Source: a phage. Taken from it: a stretch of DNA of 40,794 nt. Below the pieces are notes generated by a model. That model was not told where the DNA came from. It made no database searches and worked only from the letters and a program-made list of their open reading frames with translations. Position 1 is the first letter of the stretch. Every line of letters begins with the position of its first letter. Positions 17,461 to 26,389 of the stretch are shown piece by piece. The translations under genes were made by a program, and so were the position numbers. Location of the stretch: sequence record PZ683264.1; one strand, written 5' to 3'.

Positions 17461-17739
17461 TCAAAATGTAATTTCTAACCAATCACCATCACGCTGATCA
17501 CTATTGACTTTAAAGCTGAATCCTTCTTTTCTCAGCCAATCACCAATTTCTTCAGTAATCAATTTATCACGAGCAATACAATAATAATTAAAATGTGTTT
17601 TACCTTGTTCAGCTGCTTTATTAGCAAGTTCCGAAAAATCTTTAATAAAACACTCTAGCTTAAACTGTTTACTTTTTAATGCTTTTTCGCGCAATTGATT
17701 AGCAAAAGATTCATTTTCATAAAGATCATACTGTTCCAT
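17461..17739 (-). CDS. Hypothetical protein (positional equivalent of T4 24.2)
   Basis: 92 aa ORF with ATG start between rnlB and hoc. Confidence 0.6.
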   Translation of the reverse strand: MEQYDLYENESFANQLREKALKSKQFKLECFIKDFSELANKAAEQGKTHFNYYCIARDKLITEEIGDWLRKEGFSFKVNSDQRDGDWLEITF

Positions 17740-17941
17740 TTTTCACCTTTTTATTGATATGTCTTTTTCTATAGACAACTTTTTCTCGAGTTTCAAATTT
17801 ATTCTTAGCAGTCATAGCTCGAGCCCATAATACAGCCACTTCTTTTGCCTGTAAGTTCAATTCACGAGCAATTTCAATGAATGACTTTCCAGACTCATGA
17901 AGAGTAAACACCACAACCTCAGTTCTCATAATCAATCTCAT
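17726..17941 (-). CDS. Hypothetical protein (positional equivalent of T4 24.3), possible helix-turn-helix
   Basis: 71 aa ORF, ATG start, overlaps the downstream ORF by 14 nt. Confidence 0.55.
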   Translation of the reverse strand: MRLIMRTEVVVFTLHESGKSFIEIARELNLQAKEVAVLWARAMTAKNKFETREKVVYRKRHINKKVKNGTV

Positions 17942-17994
17942 GTTATCGAGTTGGTGCCATTATATACATCATTTTCTGATTGTGTTTTGTGTGC

Positions 17995-18026
17995 TTTCAA
18001 AATGAAGAAAGGGGCCGAAGCCCCTG
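17995..18026 (-). terminator. Terminator downstream of hoc
   Basis: aggggc-cgaa-gcccct hairpin; minus strand continues TTTCTTCATTTTG. Confidence 0.6.
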
Positions 18027-18029
18027 AGA

Positions 18030-19448
18030 TTATGGATAGATATAGATGATACCAGTTTCTAAAGCAGTTTTATGAATGATGTATCCATTGCGCGATTCTT
18101 GAACATCAACTTCTGGATAGTCTTTCATCATCTTCTGAAGAGTGTAACGGTGCAAGTAGTACTTACTATCTGGGTCGTCAGTTTTCCAATCTTTACCTTC
18201 TTCAGTCATTTTTTGGATTTCATCCATAACCCACCAACCACACCAGATGTAAGCTGAAGTACGATGTGGAAGAGGATGAACATAAGGTAATTCACCTTCT
18301 GGTTCTGGAGCAACTTTATCAGTTACCTGAACTTGACCTTCTGCTGTGATAGTTTTGCTATCATAATCAGTAGCGGTAACAGTTGCAGTAACTTCAATAG
18401 TTTGACTTCCAATAGATGATGTATCAACGGTGTATACATTAGTTGACCCTTCTACAGGAGAAGAATCTTTCTTCCATGAATACGTAATTTGTGCTTCTTC
18501 CGGAGCATCCGTAACGTTAGCAGTAAATGTAGCCGAAGCATCTTGCTGAACATTAATAGAAGGAGGAGTCAATGTAACCTGTGGATTCATTGTCTTCTTA
18601 TTAACCGTTAATGATACTTCATTAGAAGTAACTTCCTTTTCATTATAATTTTCTGCAGTTACTTGGGCTACGCATTTAATTCTTTTTACTCCACTTGTAG
18701 TTGGAGTATAGTTAAATGTAGAGTTAGTTTCTCCACTAATTTGAGAATCATCTACATACCATTGATATGTAGCAGACGCTCCATCAGGTTGAGAAGCTAA
18801 GGCAGCAGTAAATTGAACCGGGGTTCCAATTACTCCAGCAGCAGGACTATCAGGAGTTACTGCCAAGGTAGTTGTCTGCGTCTTTTTATTAACAGTCAGT
18901 GACACTTCATTAGAAGTAACTTCCTTTGCATCATAATCTGTCGCGGTTACTTGAGCCACACACTTAATTGTTTTAACTCCGCTTGTGGTAGGAGTGTAAT
19001 TGAATGTAGCAGAAGTTGCTTCGCCCACAGGAGAACCGTCAACGTGCCATTGATACGTGGCAGATGCGCCTGATGGCTGCGAAGCCAAAGCAGCGGTAAA
19101 TTCAACAGCTGTTCCGATTACTCCTTCCGGAGGACTATTAGGAGTTACGGCTAAGGTAGTCGTCTGTGTCTTATTTTGAACTGTGATAGTTGTACTAATT
19201 TCAGCTGTTTCGGGACTACTATCGGCAACTTGATTTGTTGCAACTACTTTAATAGTCTTTTGACCGGCAGGTCCTTTTAATACATAACTAAAAGTTGCTT
19301 CAGCTCCATCTTGTGGAACATCATCTACAGTCCAAGCATAGGTAATAGGTCCATCTCCAGTTTGACCACTGGGCGTAGCAGTAAACTGCTTAGTCTCATC
19401 TATAACTCCAGTAGGTGTTTTAGGAGTTATATCAACTGTAAAAGCCAT
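18030..19448 (-). CDS. hoc: Head outer capsid protein Hoc with an extra tandem Ig-like module
   Basis: 472 aa; conserved capsid-binding C-terminus (...YIWCGWWVMDEIQKMTEEGKDWK...); four Ig-like modules, two of them near-identical in tandem. Confidence 0.9.
   Translation of the reverse strand: MAFTVDITPKTPTGVIDETKQFTATPSGQTGDGPITYAWTVDDVPQDGAEATFSYVLKGPAGQKTIKVVATNQVADSSPETAEISTTITVQNKTQTTTLAVTPNSPPEGVIGTAVEFTAALASQPSGASATYQWHVDGSPVGEATSATFNYTPTTSGVKTIKCVAQVTATDYDAKEVTSNEVSLTVNKKTQTTTLAVTPDSPAAGVIGTPVQFTAALASQPDGASATYQWYVDDSQISGETNSTFNYTPTTSGVKRIKCVAQVTAENYNEKEVTSNEVSLTVNKKTMNPQVTLTPPSINVQQDASATFTANVTDAPEEAQITYSWKKDSSPVEGSTNVYTVDTSSIGSQTIEVTATVTATDYDSKTITAEGQVQVTDKVAPEPEGELPYVHPLPHRTSAYIWCGWWVMDEIQKMTEEGKDWKTDDPDSKYYLHRYTLQKMMKDYPEVDVQESRNGYIIHKTALETGIIYIYP
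18591..19166 (-). repeat. Tandem direct repeat of two ~288-bp units inside hoc, each encoding an Ig-like module
   Basis: Hoc residues 95-190 and 191-286 both run QTTTLAVTP...SNEVSLTVNKKT at about 83% identity; matching DNA visible at 18879-19166 and 18591-18878. Confidence 0.8.
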
Positions 19449-19457
19449 AAGTTATCC

Positions 19458-20138
19458 TTATTTTAATGTTACGAAAGAAGAATTGCGTGTTTCACGAATT
19501 AGAACTGATCCATCACGATTAATGTAGTAAATTAAGCTAAATAAAGTTTGGTGTGCTGACGCGTGTTCAAAACTAGTTGGGTGAGATTTCCAATCCGGAG
19601 TTTCAGCAATCCACTGGTAAATCCACCAAGGAACAGTGCAGAATCCTGGATTTTTTCCAATCAGCTGAAGATTCGGACTAAAGTTTTCCGGAAGAGTAAA
19701 TACAGACGGCTTTTCAGATTCAATAATCTCAGCTACAGCCTGTTCGAATTTTTCTTCAACAAAAGGAGTATCTTCAATCAAAACATCGGTATTTTCAGGA
19801 ATTTTATCCGTTTCTACTACTTCAATTTTAATGTCAGATTTAACCGGAGAATCAATCAGAAGTGCAGCCTCTGGATTGACTTCTTCATCGTCATATTTTA
19901 ATCCATCTGCAGCATCAGCAGCATCTATTAAGTCTTTAATAGATAACCCATCAGTCTCTGGCATAGGTTCACTAGCGAGCTTCTGGAGGGCTTCTTCAAT
20001 ATCAACAACGATATTATCAAAAGATTTATTCTTTTTGACCTTTATACCAAACTGTTCAGCATATTCAGCTAATTTAGCTTTAGCTTCTTTATTATCATCA
20101 AGAGCCTTCAGCTCTGCAATATAATCTTTATCTATCAT
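19458..20138 (-). CDS. inh: Inh, inhibitor of prohead protease (hoc.1)
   Basis: 226 aa, acidic; position between hoc and uvsW. Confidence 0.75.
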   Translation of the reverse strand: MIDKDYIAELKALDDNKEAKAKLAEYAEQFGIKVKKNKSFDNIVVDIEEALQKLASEPMPETDGLSIKDLIDAADAADGLKYDDEEVNPEAALLIDSPVKSDIKIEVVETDKIPENTDVLIEDTPFVEEKFEQAVAEIIESEKPSVFTLPENFSPNLQLIGKNPGFCTVPWWIYQWIAETPDWKSHPTSFEHASAHQTLFSLIYYINRDGSVLIRETRNSSFVTLK

Positions 20139-20151
20139 AATATTTCCTCAG

Positions 20152-20159
20152 TATAAATA
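20152..20159 (+). promoter_or_regulatory. Late promoter core TATAAATA upstream of uvsW
   Basis: Exact TATAAATA about 30 nt upstream of the uvsW ATG. Confidence 0.6.
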
Positions 20160-20188
20160 TAGATATATTTATTACATGGTATTTAGAC

Positions 20189-21700
20189 ATGACTGACATT
20201 AAAGTACATTTTTATGATTTTAGTCACGTGAGAATTGATTGTGAAGAAAGTACATTTCATGAACTCCGTGATTTCTTTTCGTTTGAGGCAGATGGATATA
20301 GATTTAATCCTCGCTTCAGATATGGCAACTGGGATGGACGAATCCGTCTTTTAGATTATAATCGACTTCTTCCATTTGGATTAGTCGGGCAAATTAAAAA
20401 GTTCTGTGATAACTTTGGCTATAAAGCCTGGATTGACCCGCAAATTAACGAAAAAGAAGAATTATCAAGAAAAGATTTTGATGAATGGCTTTCTAAATTA
20501 GAAATCTATTCAGGAAATAAAAGAATTGAACCGCACTGGTATCAAAAAGATGCAGTGTTCGAAGGATTAGTTAATCGTCGTAGAATTCTTAATCTTCCAA
20601 CATCTGCAGGTAAATCTTTAATTCAAGCTTTGCTTGCGCGATATTATTTGGAAAATTATGAAGGTAAAATTCTTATCATTGTTCCAACAACTGCTCTAAC
20701 AACTCAGATGGCTGATGACTTTGTTGACTATCGTTTATTCAGTCATGCAATGATAAAGAAAATCGGCGGTGGAGCATCAAAAGATGATAAATATAAAAAT
20801 GATGCACCAGTCGTTGTTGGTACATGGCAAACTGTAGTAAAACAACCAAAAGAATGGTTCTCACAGTTTGGAATGATGATGAATGATGAATGTCATCTTG
20901 CTACAGGAAAAAGTATTTCATCTATCATATCAGGTTTAAATAACTGCATGTTTAAATTTGGTTTGTCCGGTTCATTGCGTGATGGCAAAGCTAATATCAT
21001 GCAGTATGTTGGAATGTTTGGTGAAATATTTAAGCCAGTAACGACTTCTAAATTAATGGAAGATGGGCAAGTAACTGAGTTAAAAATTAATAGTATTTTT
21101 CTTCGCTATCCCGATGAGTTCACTACTAAATTAAAGGGAAAAACTTACCAAGAAGAAATAAAAATTATTACTGGGCTCAGTAAAAGAAATAAATGGATCG
21201 CTAAATTAGCTATTAAGCTTGCGCAAAAAGATGAAAACGCTTTTGTCATGTTTAAACACGTATCACACGGTAAAGCTATTTTCGATTTAATTAAAAATGA
21301 ATACGATAAAGTTTATTACGTATCAGGGGAAGTTGATACCGAAACCCGCAATATAATGAAAACCTTAGCTGAAAACGGTAAAGGAATAATTATAGTAGCG
21401 AGTTATGGTGTATTTTCTACTGGTATTTCAGTTAAAAATCTGCATCATGTTGTTTTAGCGCACGGTGTTAAATCAAAAATTATTGTATTACAAACAATCG
21501 GTCGTGTATTACGTAAGCATGGTTCTAAAACAATCGCAACAGTCTGGGATCTCATAGATGACGCGGGCGTCAAGCCAAAATCTGCTAATACGAAAAAGAA
21601 ATATGTTCATTTGAACTATCTTTTAAAACACGGCATTGATCGTATTCAGCGCTACGCAGATGAAAAATTCAATTACGTAATGAAAACAGTTAATTTATAA
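20189..21700 (+). CDS. uvsW: UvsW DNA/RNA helicase (SF2)
   Basis: 503 aa; Walker A LPTSAGKS and DECH box (MMNDECHLATG). Confidence 0.9.
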   Translation: MTDIKVHFYDFSHVRIDCEESTFHELRDFFSFEADGYRFNPRFRYGNWDGRIRLLDYNRLLPFGLVGQIKKFCDNFGYKAWIDPQINEKEELSRKDFDEWLSKLEIYSGNKRIEPHWYQKDAVFEGLVNRRRILNLPTSAGKSLIQALLARYYLENYEGKILIIVPTTALTTQMADDFVDYRLFSHAMIKKIGGGASKDDKYKNDAPVVVGTWQTVVKQPKEWFSQFGMMMNDECHLATGKSISSIISGLNNCMFKFGLSGSLRDGKANIMQYVGMFGEIFKPVTTSKLMEDGQVTELKINSIFLRYPDEFTTKLKGKTYQEEIKIITGLSKRNKWIAKLAIKLAQKDENAFVMFKHVSHGKAIFDLIKNEYDKVYYVSGEVDTETRNIMKTLAENGKGIIIVASYGVFSTGISVKNLHHVVLAHGVKSKIIVLQTIGRVLRKHGSKTIATVWDLIDDAGVKPKSANTKKKYVHLNYLLKHGIDRIQRYADEKFNYVMKTVNL

Positions 21701-21712
21701 GGGCTTCGGCCC
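21701..21712 (+). terminator. Hairpin between uvsW and uvsW.1
   Basis: gggc-ttcg-gccc immediately after the uvsW stop; short T-run. Confidence 0.35.
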
Positions 21713-21725
21713 TTTGGAGAAAAAG

Positions 21726-21956
21726 ATGTTACTAGAATTTAAACAATTTCTTTATGAAGCTTCTATTGATGAATTTATGGGTAAAATTGCCTCTTGTCAA
21801 ACATTAGAAGGTTTAGAAGAACTTGAAGCTTATTACAAGAAAAGAGTTAAAGAAACTGAATTAAAAGATACTGATGACATCTCAGTCAGAGATGCTTTGG
21901 CAGGAAAAAGAGCTGAATTAGAAGATTCAGACGATGAAGTAGAAGAAAGCTTTTAA
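21726..21956 (+). CDS. uvsW.1: UvsW.1 small acidic protein
   Basis: Track start 21714 is TTG; ATG at 21726 with GGAGA Shine-Dalgarno gives 76 aa starting MLLEFKQFLYEASIDEF. Confidence 0.75.
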   Translation: MLLEFKQFLYEASIDEFMGKIASCQTLEGLEELEAYYKKRVKETELKDTDDISVRDALAGKRAELEDSDDEVEESF

Positions 21957-22011
21957 ATTAAAAAAGGCCCAACCAAAAAGGAAGGGCCAAAACTATAGAC
22001 TAAAGGTCACA

Positions 22012-22179
22012 CTATAGCAAAAGTTGTGTTTCATTTAATTGTTCTTCCGAACTTTCTGAAACTGGTAGTTCTTTAATGTAATTATAACAAGGCCCAGGAT
22101 GTACAGGACCTTTGTCTGTTTCAACAACCAATGCAGAATCGATTGGAGTTTTACAGACAACACAAATCTTATCTGACAT
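22012..22179 (-). CDS. uvsY.-2: Small Cys-containing hypothetical protein (positional equivalent of uvsY.-2)
   Basis: Hand-translated 55-aa ORF below the 60-aa track cutoff: MSDKICVVCKTPIDSALVVETDKGPVHPGPCYNYIKELPVSESSEEQLNETQLLL; AGGAGA Shine-Dalgarno 6 nt upstream of the ATG. Confidence 0.5.
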   Translation of the reverse strand: MSDKICVVCKTPIDSALVVETDKGPVHPGPCYNYIKELPVSESSEEQLNETQLLL

Positions 22180-22207
22180 GATTGTCTCCTCTGAATTATA
22201 TATCTAT

Positions 22208-22432
22208 TTATACAACTCTCATATGCATATCAATGCCCATATCTTTAGAATAAAAATATTCATCAAGATATCCGGCAAATTTTCCTTTAATATAAAGGAC
22301 ATCTTCACCACACGGGTGGTCGGCCAGGATACGAATATCCTGACGCTTAAGATTATGCTTTTTCATTAAGAATTGAATTTCCGTTTCAAATTCTTCTTCA
22401 TAATTAAAAGCATCATCAATGCTATATCTCAT
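22208..22432 (-). CDS. uvsY.-1: Hypothetical protein (uvsY.-1 position)
   Basis: 74 aa ORF, ATG start, immediately downstream of uvsY on the same strand. Confidence 0.65.
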   Translation of the reverse strand: MRYSIDDAFNYEEEFETEIQFLMKKHNLKRQDIRILADHPCGEDVLYIKGKFAGYLDEYFYSKDMGIDMHMRVV

Positions 22433-22845
22433 TATTTTCCAGCCTCAAATGCCCGCATGTCTTGAATATGCTTAATAGCAAATCCACGTGATTTAATAGC
22501 ATCAAGAGCTCCGCTACAGAAATCTAATAAAATCCCCCAATACTGTAACGAGGTATCAACCTTTAAAACATCCTTATCAGCTGATAAAACTGTCTTCATT
22601 TCTGATTTCTCGTAACGATCCATACTAAATTCATCACCATCTCCTCGTCCCGAGTAGTAGTCTAATCTAGCTTTAAGTGCAACTTTTTTCTGTGCGTCAA
22701 TTCTAAGCATTTCCTTTTTAATACTTGAATGCTTATTAAGCCATTTACTATATAACATCACATTATTAGCTGCTTCATACTGTAATTTAGTCGAATCTAT
22801 AAACACATCTTTCTTCAATTCTTCTTGAAGATCTTCTAATCTCAT
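22432..22845 (-). CDS. uvsY: UvsY recombination mediator protein
   Basis: 137 aa, MRLEDLQEELKKDVFIDSTKLQYEAANN...; MotA-type middle promoter upstream. Confidence 0.9.
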   Translation of the reverse strand: MRLEDLQEELKKDVFIDSTKLQYEAANNVMLYSKWLNKHSSIKKEMLRIDAQKKVALKARLDYYSGRGDGDEFSMDRYEKSEMKTVLSADKDVLKVDTSLQYWGILLDFCSGALDAIKSRGFAIKHIQDMRAFEAGK

Positions 22846-22885
22846 ATTGTTCTCTATTCAATTGTTATTGGATGGACTTAGATTC

Positions 22886-22911
22886 ATTATACCACGTTTA
22901 TACGTGAAGCA
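22886..22911 (-). promoter_or_regulatory. MotA-dependent middle promoter for uvsY (corresponds to T4 oriF)
   Basis: Minus strand reads TGCTTCA (MotA box), 13 nt, TATAAT; about 35 nt upstream of the uvsY ATG. Confidence 0.6.
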
Positions 22912-23310
22912 TTATACCCTATTACTCGAAGCCAGTTGCAGTTTTATCTGCTCAATATCATCAGGGTTATCGATGACCGAAAAGCGTATTTCTACTATCA
23001 GAGTATAATCATCATAAACCGGTATTACATTAACTGCTAATTTATCAATACGTGGCTCATAGTTTCTTACTGCGCTTTCGATATTGCGCTCAACTGTGTC
23101 AGCAGTAAGAGGAGTCATATTTTCAAAAAGCTGGTCTGATAAATCACATCCAAATTCAGGGTCAAACGGTCTTGAACCTTTTCTTGTTGTAATAATTCCC
23201 AAAAGACTGTTTTTAATTGATCTTAATCCAAGTGATCTGGAAACATCTTTGTTCCAATCCATTTTCATTTCCGGGTCAATGTCAGAATAAAGCTTATTAA
23301 TATTTGCCAT
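22912..23310 (-). CDS. 25: Baseplate wedge protein gp25
   Basis: 132 aa; synteny 25-26 divergent from 51. Confidence 0.85.
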   Translation of the reverse strand: MANINKLYSDIDPEMKMDWNKDVSRSLGLRSIKNSLLGIITTRKGSRPFDPEFGCDLSDQLFENMTPLTADTVERNIESAVRNYEPRIDKLAVNVIPVYDDYTLIVEIRFSVIDNPDDIEQIKLQLASSNRV

Positions 23311-23936
23311 TATAGTAACTCAAAGAACTCTTTGAGGCCTCTTATTACATGAGCATGGGTTTTTCCACACTCTGGACACTTAATTGGAACAGCCAAATAA
23401 ATGGTAGGTTTTAAAAGCATATCTTTTATAGCTACAATATCTGACTCTGTGATGATAGAATATAAATCTTCTAGTTCCTTTTCATTTAAGTCTTCAACTG
23501 GAATGCTTTCCCCGTTAGCATGAATCGTTTCTATGCATGATACTATCATGTGGGCTATATTTTTATCATCAAAAATTTTAGGGTAATGGAATTTAATTTT
23601 AATGTCACCCAGTGTATACCAGAGGTCTTCTGGTGCATCTATTTGTGTATGTAATAGATTTATATGGGTTGGTATTTCAGTTCCACAGGTGCACTTCCAG
23701 GAGTTTTCGTGATTAACTTCGCCGAGAGAATGTGCCCATAAATGAATCAACAATAGTTCTGATTCTTGACGGTTTAAATCTTTTGCATTTGTGCAGTCTT
23801 TGATTAGCTTTTTAACAATTACTTCTACAGAACCATTATTTTTGGCAGTAATAAGTTCTAGATATTCTTTAAGCGTGAATGCGCGACAATTGATTATTTT
23901 AGAACCAACTCTCACGTCAAATTTATATTCATACAT
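23310..23936 (-). CDS. 26: Baseplate hub protein gp26
   Basis: 208 aa; late promoter motif upstream on the minus strand. Confidence 0.8.
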   Translation of the reverse strand: MYEYKFDVRVGSKIINCRAFTLKEYLELITAKNNGSVEVIVKKLIKDCTNAKDLNRQESELLLIHLWAHSLGEVNHENSWKCTCGTEIPTHINLLHTQIDAPEDLWYTLGDIKIKFHYPKIFDDKNIAHMIVSCIETIHANGESIPVEDLNEKELEDLYSIITESDIVAIKDMLLKPTIYLAVPIKCPECGKTHAHVIRGLKEFFELL

Positions 23937-23957
23937 ATTTAGCTCCTTTATTTATCA

Positions 23958-23969
23958 TATTTATAAATA
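23958..23969. promoter_or_regulatory. Divergent overlapping late promoters for gene 26 (minus) and gene 51 (plus)
   Basis: Palindromic TATTTATAAATA core: plus-strand TATAAATA at 23962-23969 and minus-strand TATAAATA at 23958-23965, each about 20 nt from its start codon. Confidence 0.6.
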
Positions 23970-23986
23970 GAATAAAAGGAGCATCT

Positions 23987-24736
23987 ATGGCAAACATTAT
24001 TCGTTGTAAATTACCAGATGGTGTTCATCGTTTTAAACCATTTACGGTAGAAGATTATCGAGATTTTTTGTTAGTTCGAAACGATATAGAACATCGGTCA
24101 CCACAAGAACAAAAAGAAATAATTACTGATTTAATTGATGATTATTTTGGAGACTATCCGAAGACTTGGCAACCATTTATATTTTTGCAGGTATTTGTAG
24201 GGTCAATAGGTAAAACAAAAGTACCAGTCACATTCGTATGTCCAAAATGTAAAAAAGAAAAGACAGTTCCATTTGAAATATATCAAAAAGAATTAAAGGA
24301 ACCTGTTTTTGATGTAGCTAATGTTAAAATTAAATTAAAGTTTCCTTCTGAGTTTTATGAAAATAAAGCAAAGATGATTACTGAAAATATTCATTCTGTT
24401 CAAGTAGATGAAATATGGTATGATTGGAAGGAAATTAGCGAATCAAGTCAAATAGAACTTGTTGACGCCATCGAGATAGAAACATTAGAAAAAATTCTCG
24501 ATGCAATGAATCCTATTAATTTAACTCTACATATGTCATGCTGTAATAAGTACATTAAAAAATACACTGATATAGTAGACGTGTTTAAGCTATTAGTTAA
24601 CCCAGATGAGATATTTACTTTTTATCAAATTAATCACACACTCGTAAAAAGTAATTATAGCTTAAATTCAATAATGAAAATGATTCCTGCTGAGCGCGGA
24701 TTCGTATTAAAACTGATTGAGAAGGATAAACAATAA
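23987..24736 (+). CDS. 51: Baseplate hub assembly catalyst gp51
   Basis: 249 aa; AAAGGAG Shine-Dalgarno; late promoter upstream. Confidence 0.8.
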   Translation: MANIIRCKLPDGVHRFKPFTVEDYRDFLLVRNDIEHRSPQEQKEIITDLIDDYFGDYPKTWQPFIFLQVFVGSIGKTKVPVTFVCPKCKKEKTVPFEIYQKELKEPVFDVANVKIKLKFPSEFYENKAKMITENIHSVQVDEIWYDWKEISESSQIELVDAIEIETLEKILDAMNPINLTLHMSCCNKYIKKYTDIVDVFKLLVNPDEIFTFYQINHTLVKSNYSLNSIMKMIPAERGFVLKLIEKDKQ

Positions 24737-25908
24737 TGAGTATGTTGCAACGCCCCGGATATCCAAATCTCAGCGTTAAATTATTTGATAGCTACGACGC
24801 TTGGAGTAATAATAGATTTGTTGAATTAGCTGCTACTATTACCACATTAACTATGCGGGATTCTCTTTATGGCCGAAATGAAGGAATGCTGCAGTTTTAT
24901 GATTCTAAAAACATCCATACAAAAATGGATGGAAATGAAATAATTCAGATTTCTGTAGCTAATGCAAACGATATTAATAATGTTAAAACAAGAATTTATG
25001 GATGTAAGCATTTTTCCGTGTCAGTAGATTCAAAGGGTGATAACATCATTGCTATTGAATTGGGAACTATTCATTCTATAGAAAACCTTAAATTTGGCAG
25101 ACCGTTTTTTCCTGATGCAGGTGAATCTATAAAGGAAATGCTTGGTGTCATTTATCAAGACCGCACGCTATTAACTCCAGCGATAAATGCTATAAATGCT
25201 TATGTTCCTGATATTCCGTGGACTAGTACATTTGAAAACTATTTGTCATATGTCAGAGAAGTTGCTCTAGCTGTAGGAAGTGACAAATTTGTATTTGTAT
25301 GGCAAGACATCATGGGAGTTAACATGATGGACTATGATATGATGATAAATCAAGAACCATATCCAATGATTGTCGGTGAGCCATCTTTAATAGGTCAATT
25401 TGTCCAAGAATTAAAATATCCATTAGCATATGATTTCGTTTGGTTGACTAAATCGAATCCTCACAAACGTGACCCAATGAAAAATGCTACTATCTATGCT
25501 CATTCATTTTTAGATTCTTCACTGCCAATGATTACTACAGGAAAGGGTGAAAACTCTATTGTAGTGTCAAGGTCAGGTGCTTATTCTGAAATGACTTATA
25601 GGAATGGATATGAAGAAGCTATTCGTCTTCAAACTATGGCACAATATGATGGCTATGCTAAATGTTCTACTGTCGGTAATTTTAACTTGACTCCTGGTGT
25701 TAAAATTATTTTTAATGATAGTAAAAACCAATTTAAAACAGAATTTTACGTTGATGAAGTTATCCATGAATTATCCAATAATAACTCAGTAACTCATCTA
25801 TATATGTTCACTAATGCAACGAAACTGGAAACAATAGACCCAGTTAAGGTTAAAAATGAATTTAAATCTGATACTACCACTGAAGAAAGTAGTTCTTCCA
25901 ATAAGTAA
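24736..25908 (+). CDS. 27: Baseplate hub protein gp27
   Basis: 390 aa; synteny 51-27-28-29. Confidence 0.85.
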   Translation: MSMLQRPGYPNLSVKLFDSYDAWSNNRFVELAATITTLTMRDSLYGRNEGMLQFYDSKNIHTKMDGNEIIQISVANANDINNVKTRIYGCKHFSVSVDSKGDNIIAIELGTIHSIENLKFGRPFFPDAGESIKEMLGVIYQDRTLLTPAINAINAYVPDIPWTSTFENYLSYVREVALAVGSDKFVFVWQDIMGVNMMDYDMMINQEPYPMIVGEPSLIGQFVQELKYPLAYDFVWLTKSNPHKRDPMKNATIYAHSFLDSSLPMITTGKGENSIVVSRSGAYSEMTYRNGYEEAIRLQTMAQYDGYAKCSTVGNFNLTPGVKIIFNDSKNQFKTEFYVDEVIHELSNNNSVTHLYMFTNATKLETIDPVKVKNEFKSDTTTEESSSSNK

Positions 25909-26389
25909 TAAAGAAGTTTCTATTCCTAAAATGGGTCTTAAACATTATAACATTTTAAAAGATGTTAAAGGTCCTGATGAAAATTTAAAACTTCTTATTG
26001 ATTCTATTTGTCCGAATTTATCACCGGCAGAAGTTGATTTCGTTTCTATTCATTTATTGGAATTTAATGGAAAGATTAAATCTCGTAAAGAAATAGATGG
26101 TTATACTTATGACATTAATGATGTTTATGTATGCCAAAGATTAGAATTTCAATACCAAGGAAATACATTTTATTTTAGACCTCCTGGAAAATTTGAACAA
26201 TTTTTAACGGTGAGCGATATGTTATCCAAATGCTTGCTTAAGGTCAATGATGAAGTTAAAGAAATTAATTTTCTTGAGATGCCAGCATTCGTTTTAAAAT
26301 GGGCAAATGATATTTTTACAACTTTAGCAATTCCTGGCCCTAATGGTCCAATAACCGGAATTGGCAATATTATTGGATTATTTGAATGA
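25856..26389 (+). CDS. 28: Baseplate hub distal subunit gp28
   Basis: 177 aa; overlaps the 3' end of gene 27 in another frame. Confidence 0.8.
   Translation: MNLNLILPLKKVVLPISNKEVSIPKMGLKHYNILKDVKGPDENLKLLIDSICPNLSPAEVDFVSIHLLEFNGKIKSRKEIDGYTYDINDVYVCQRLEFQYQGNTFYFRPPGKFEQFLTVSDMLSKCLLKVNDEVKEINFLEMPAFVLKWANDIFTTLAIPGPNGPITGIGNIIGLFE

Noticed and set aside
21961-21999. Possible bidirectional terminator between uvsW.1 and the convergent small ORF (ggccc...gggcc)
   Set aside because: Only a 5-bp stem with a 13-nt loop; too weak to call a terminator with confidence.
22112-22369. 85-aa plus-strand ORF
   Set aside because: Antisense to the uvsY.-1 and uvsY.-2 ORFs; odd composition (MSVSTTNAESIGVLQ...IKIFIKISGKF); no promoter or Shine-Dalgarno context.
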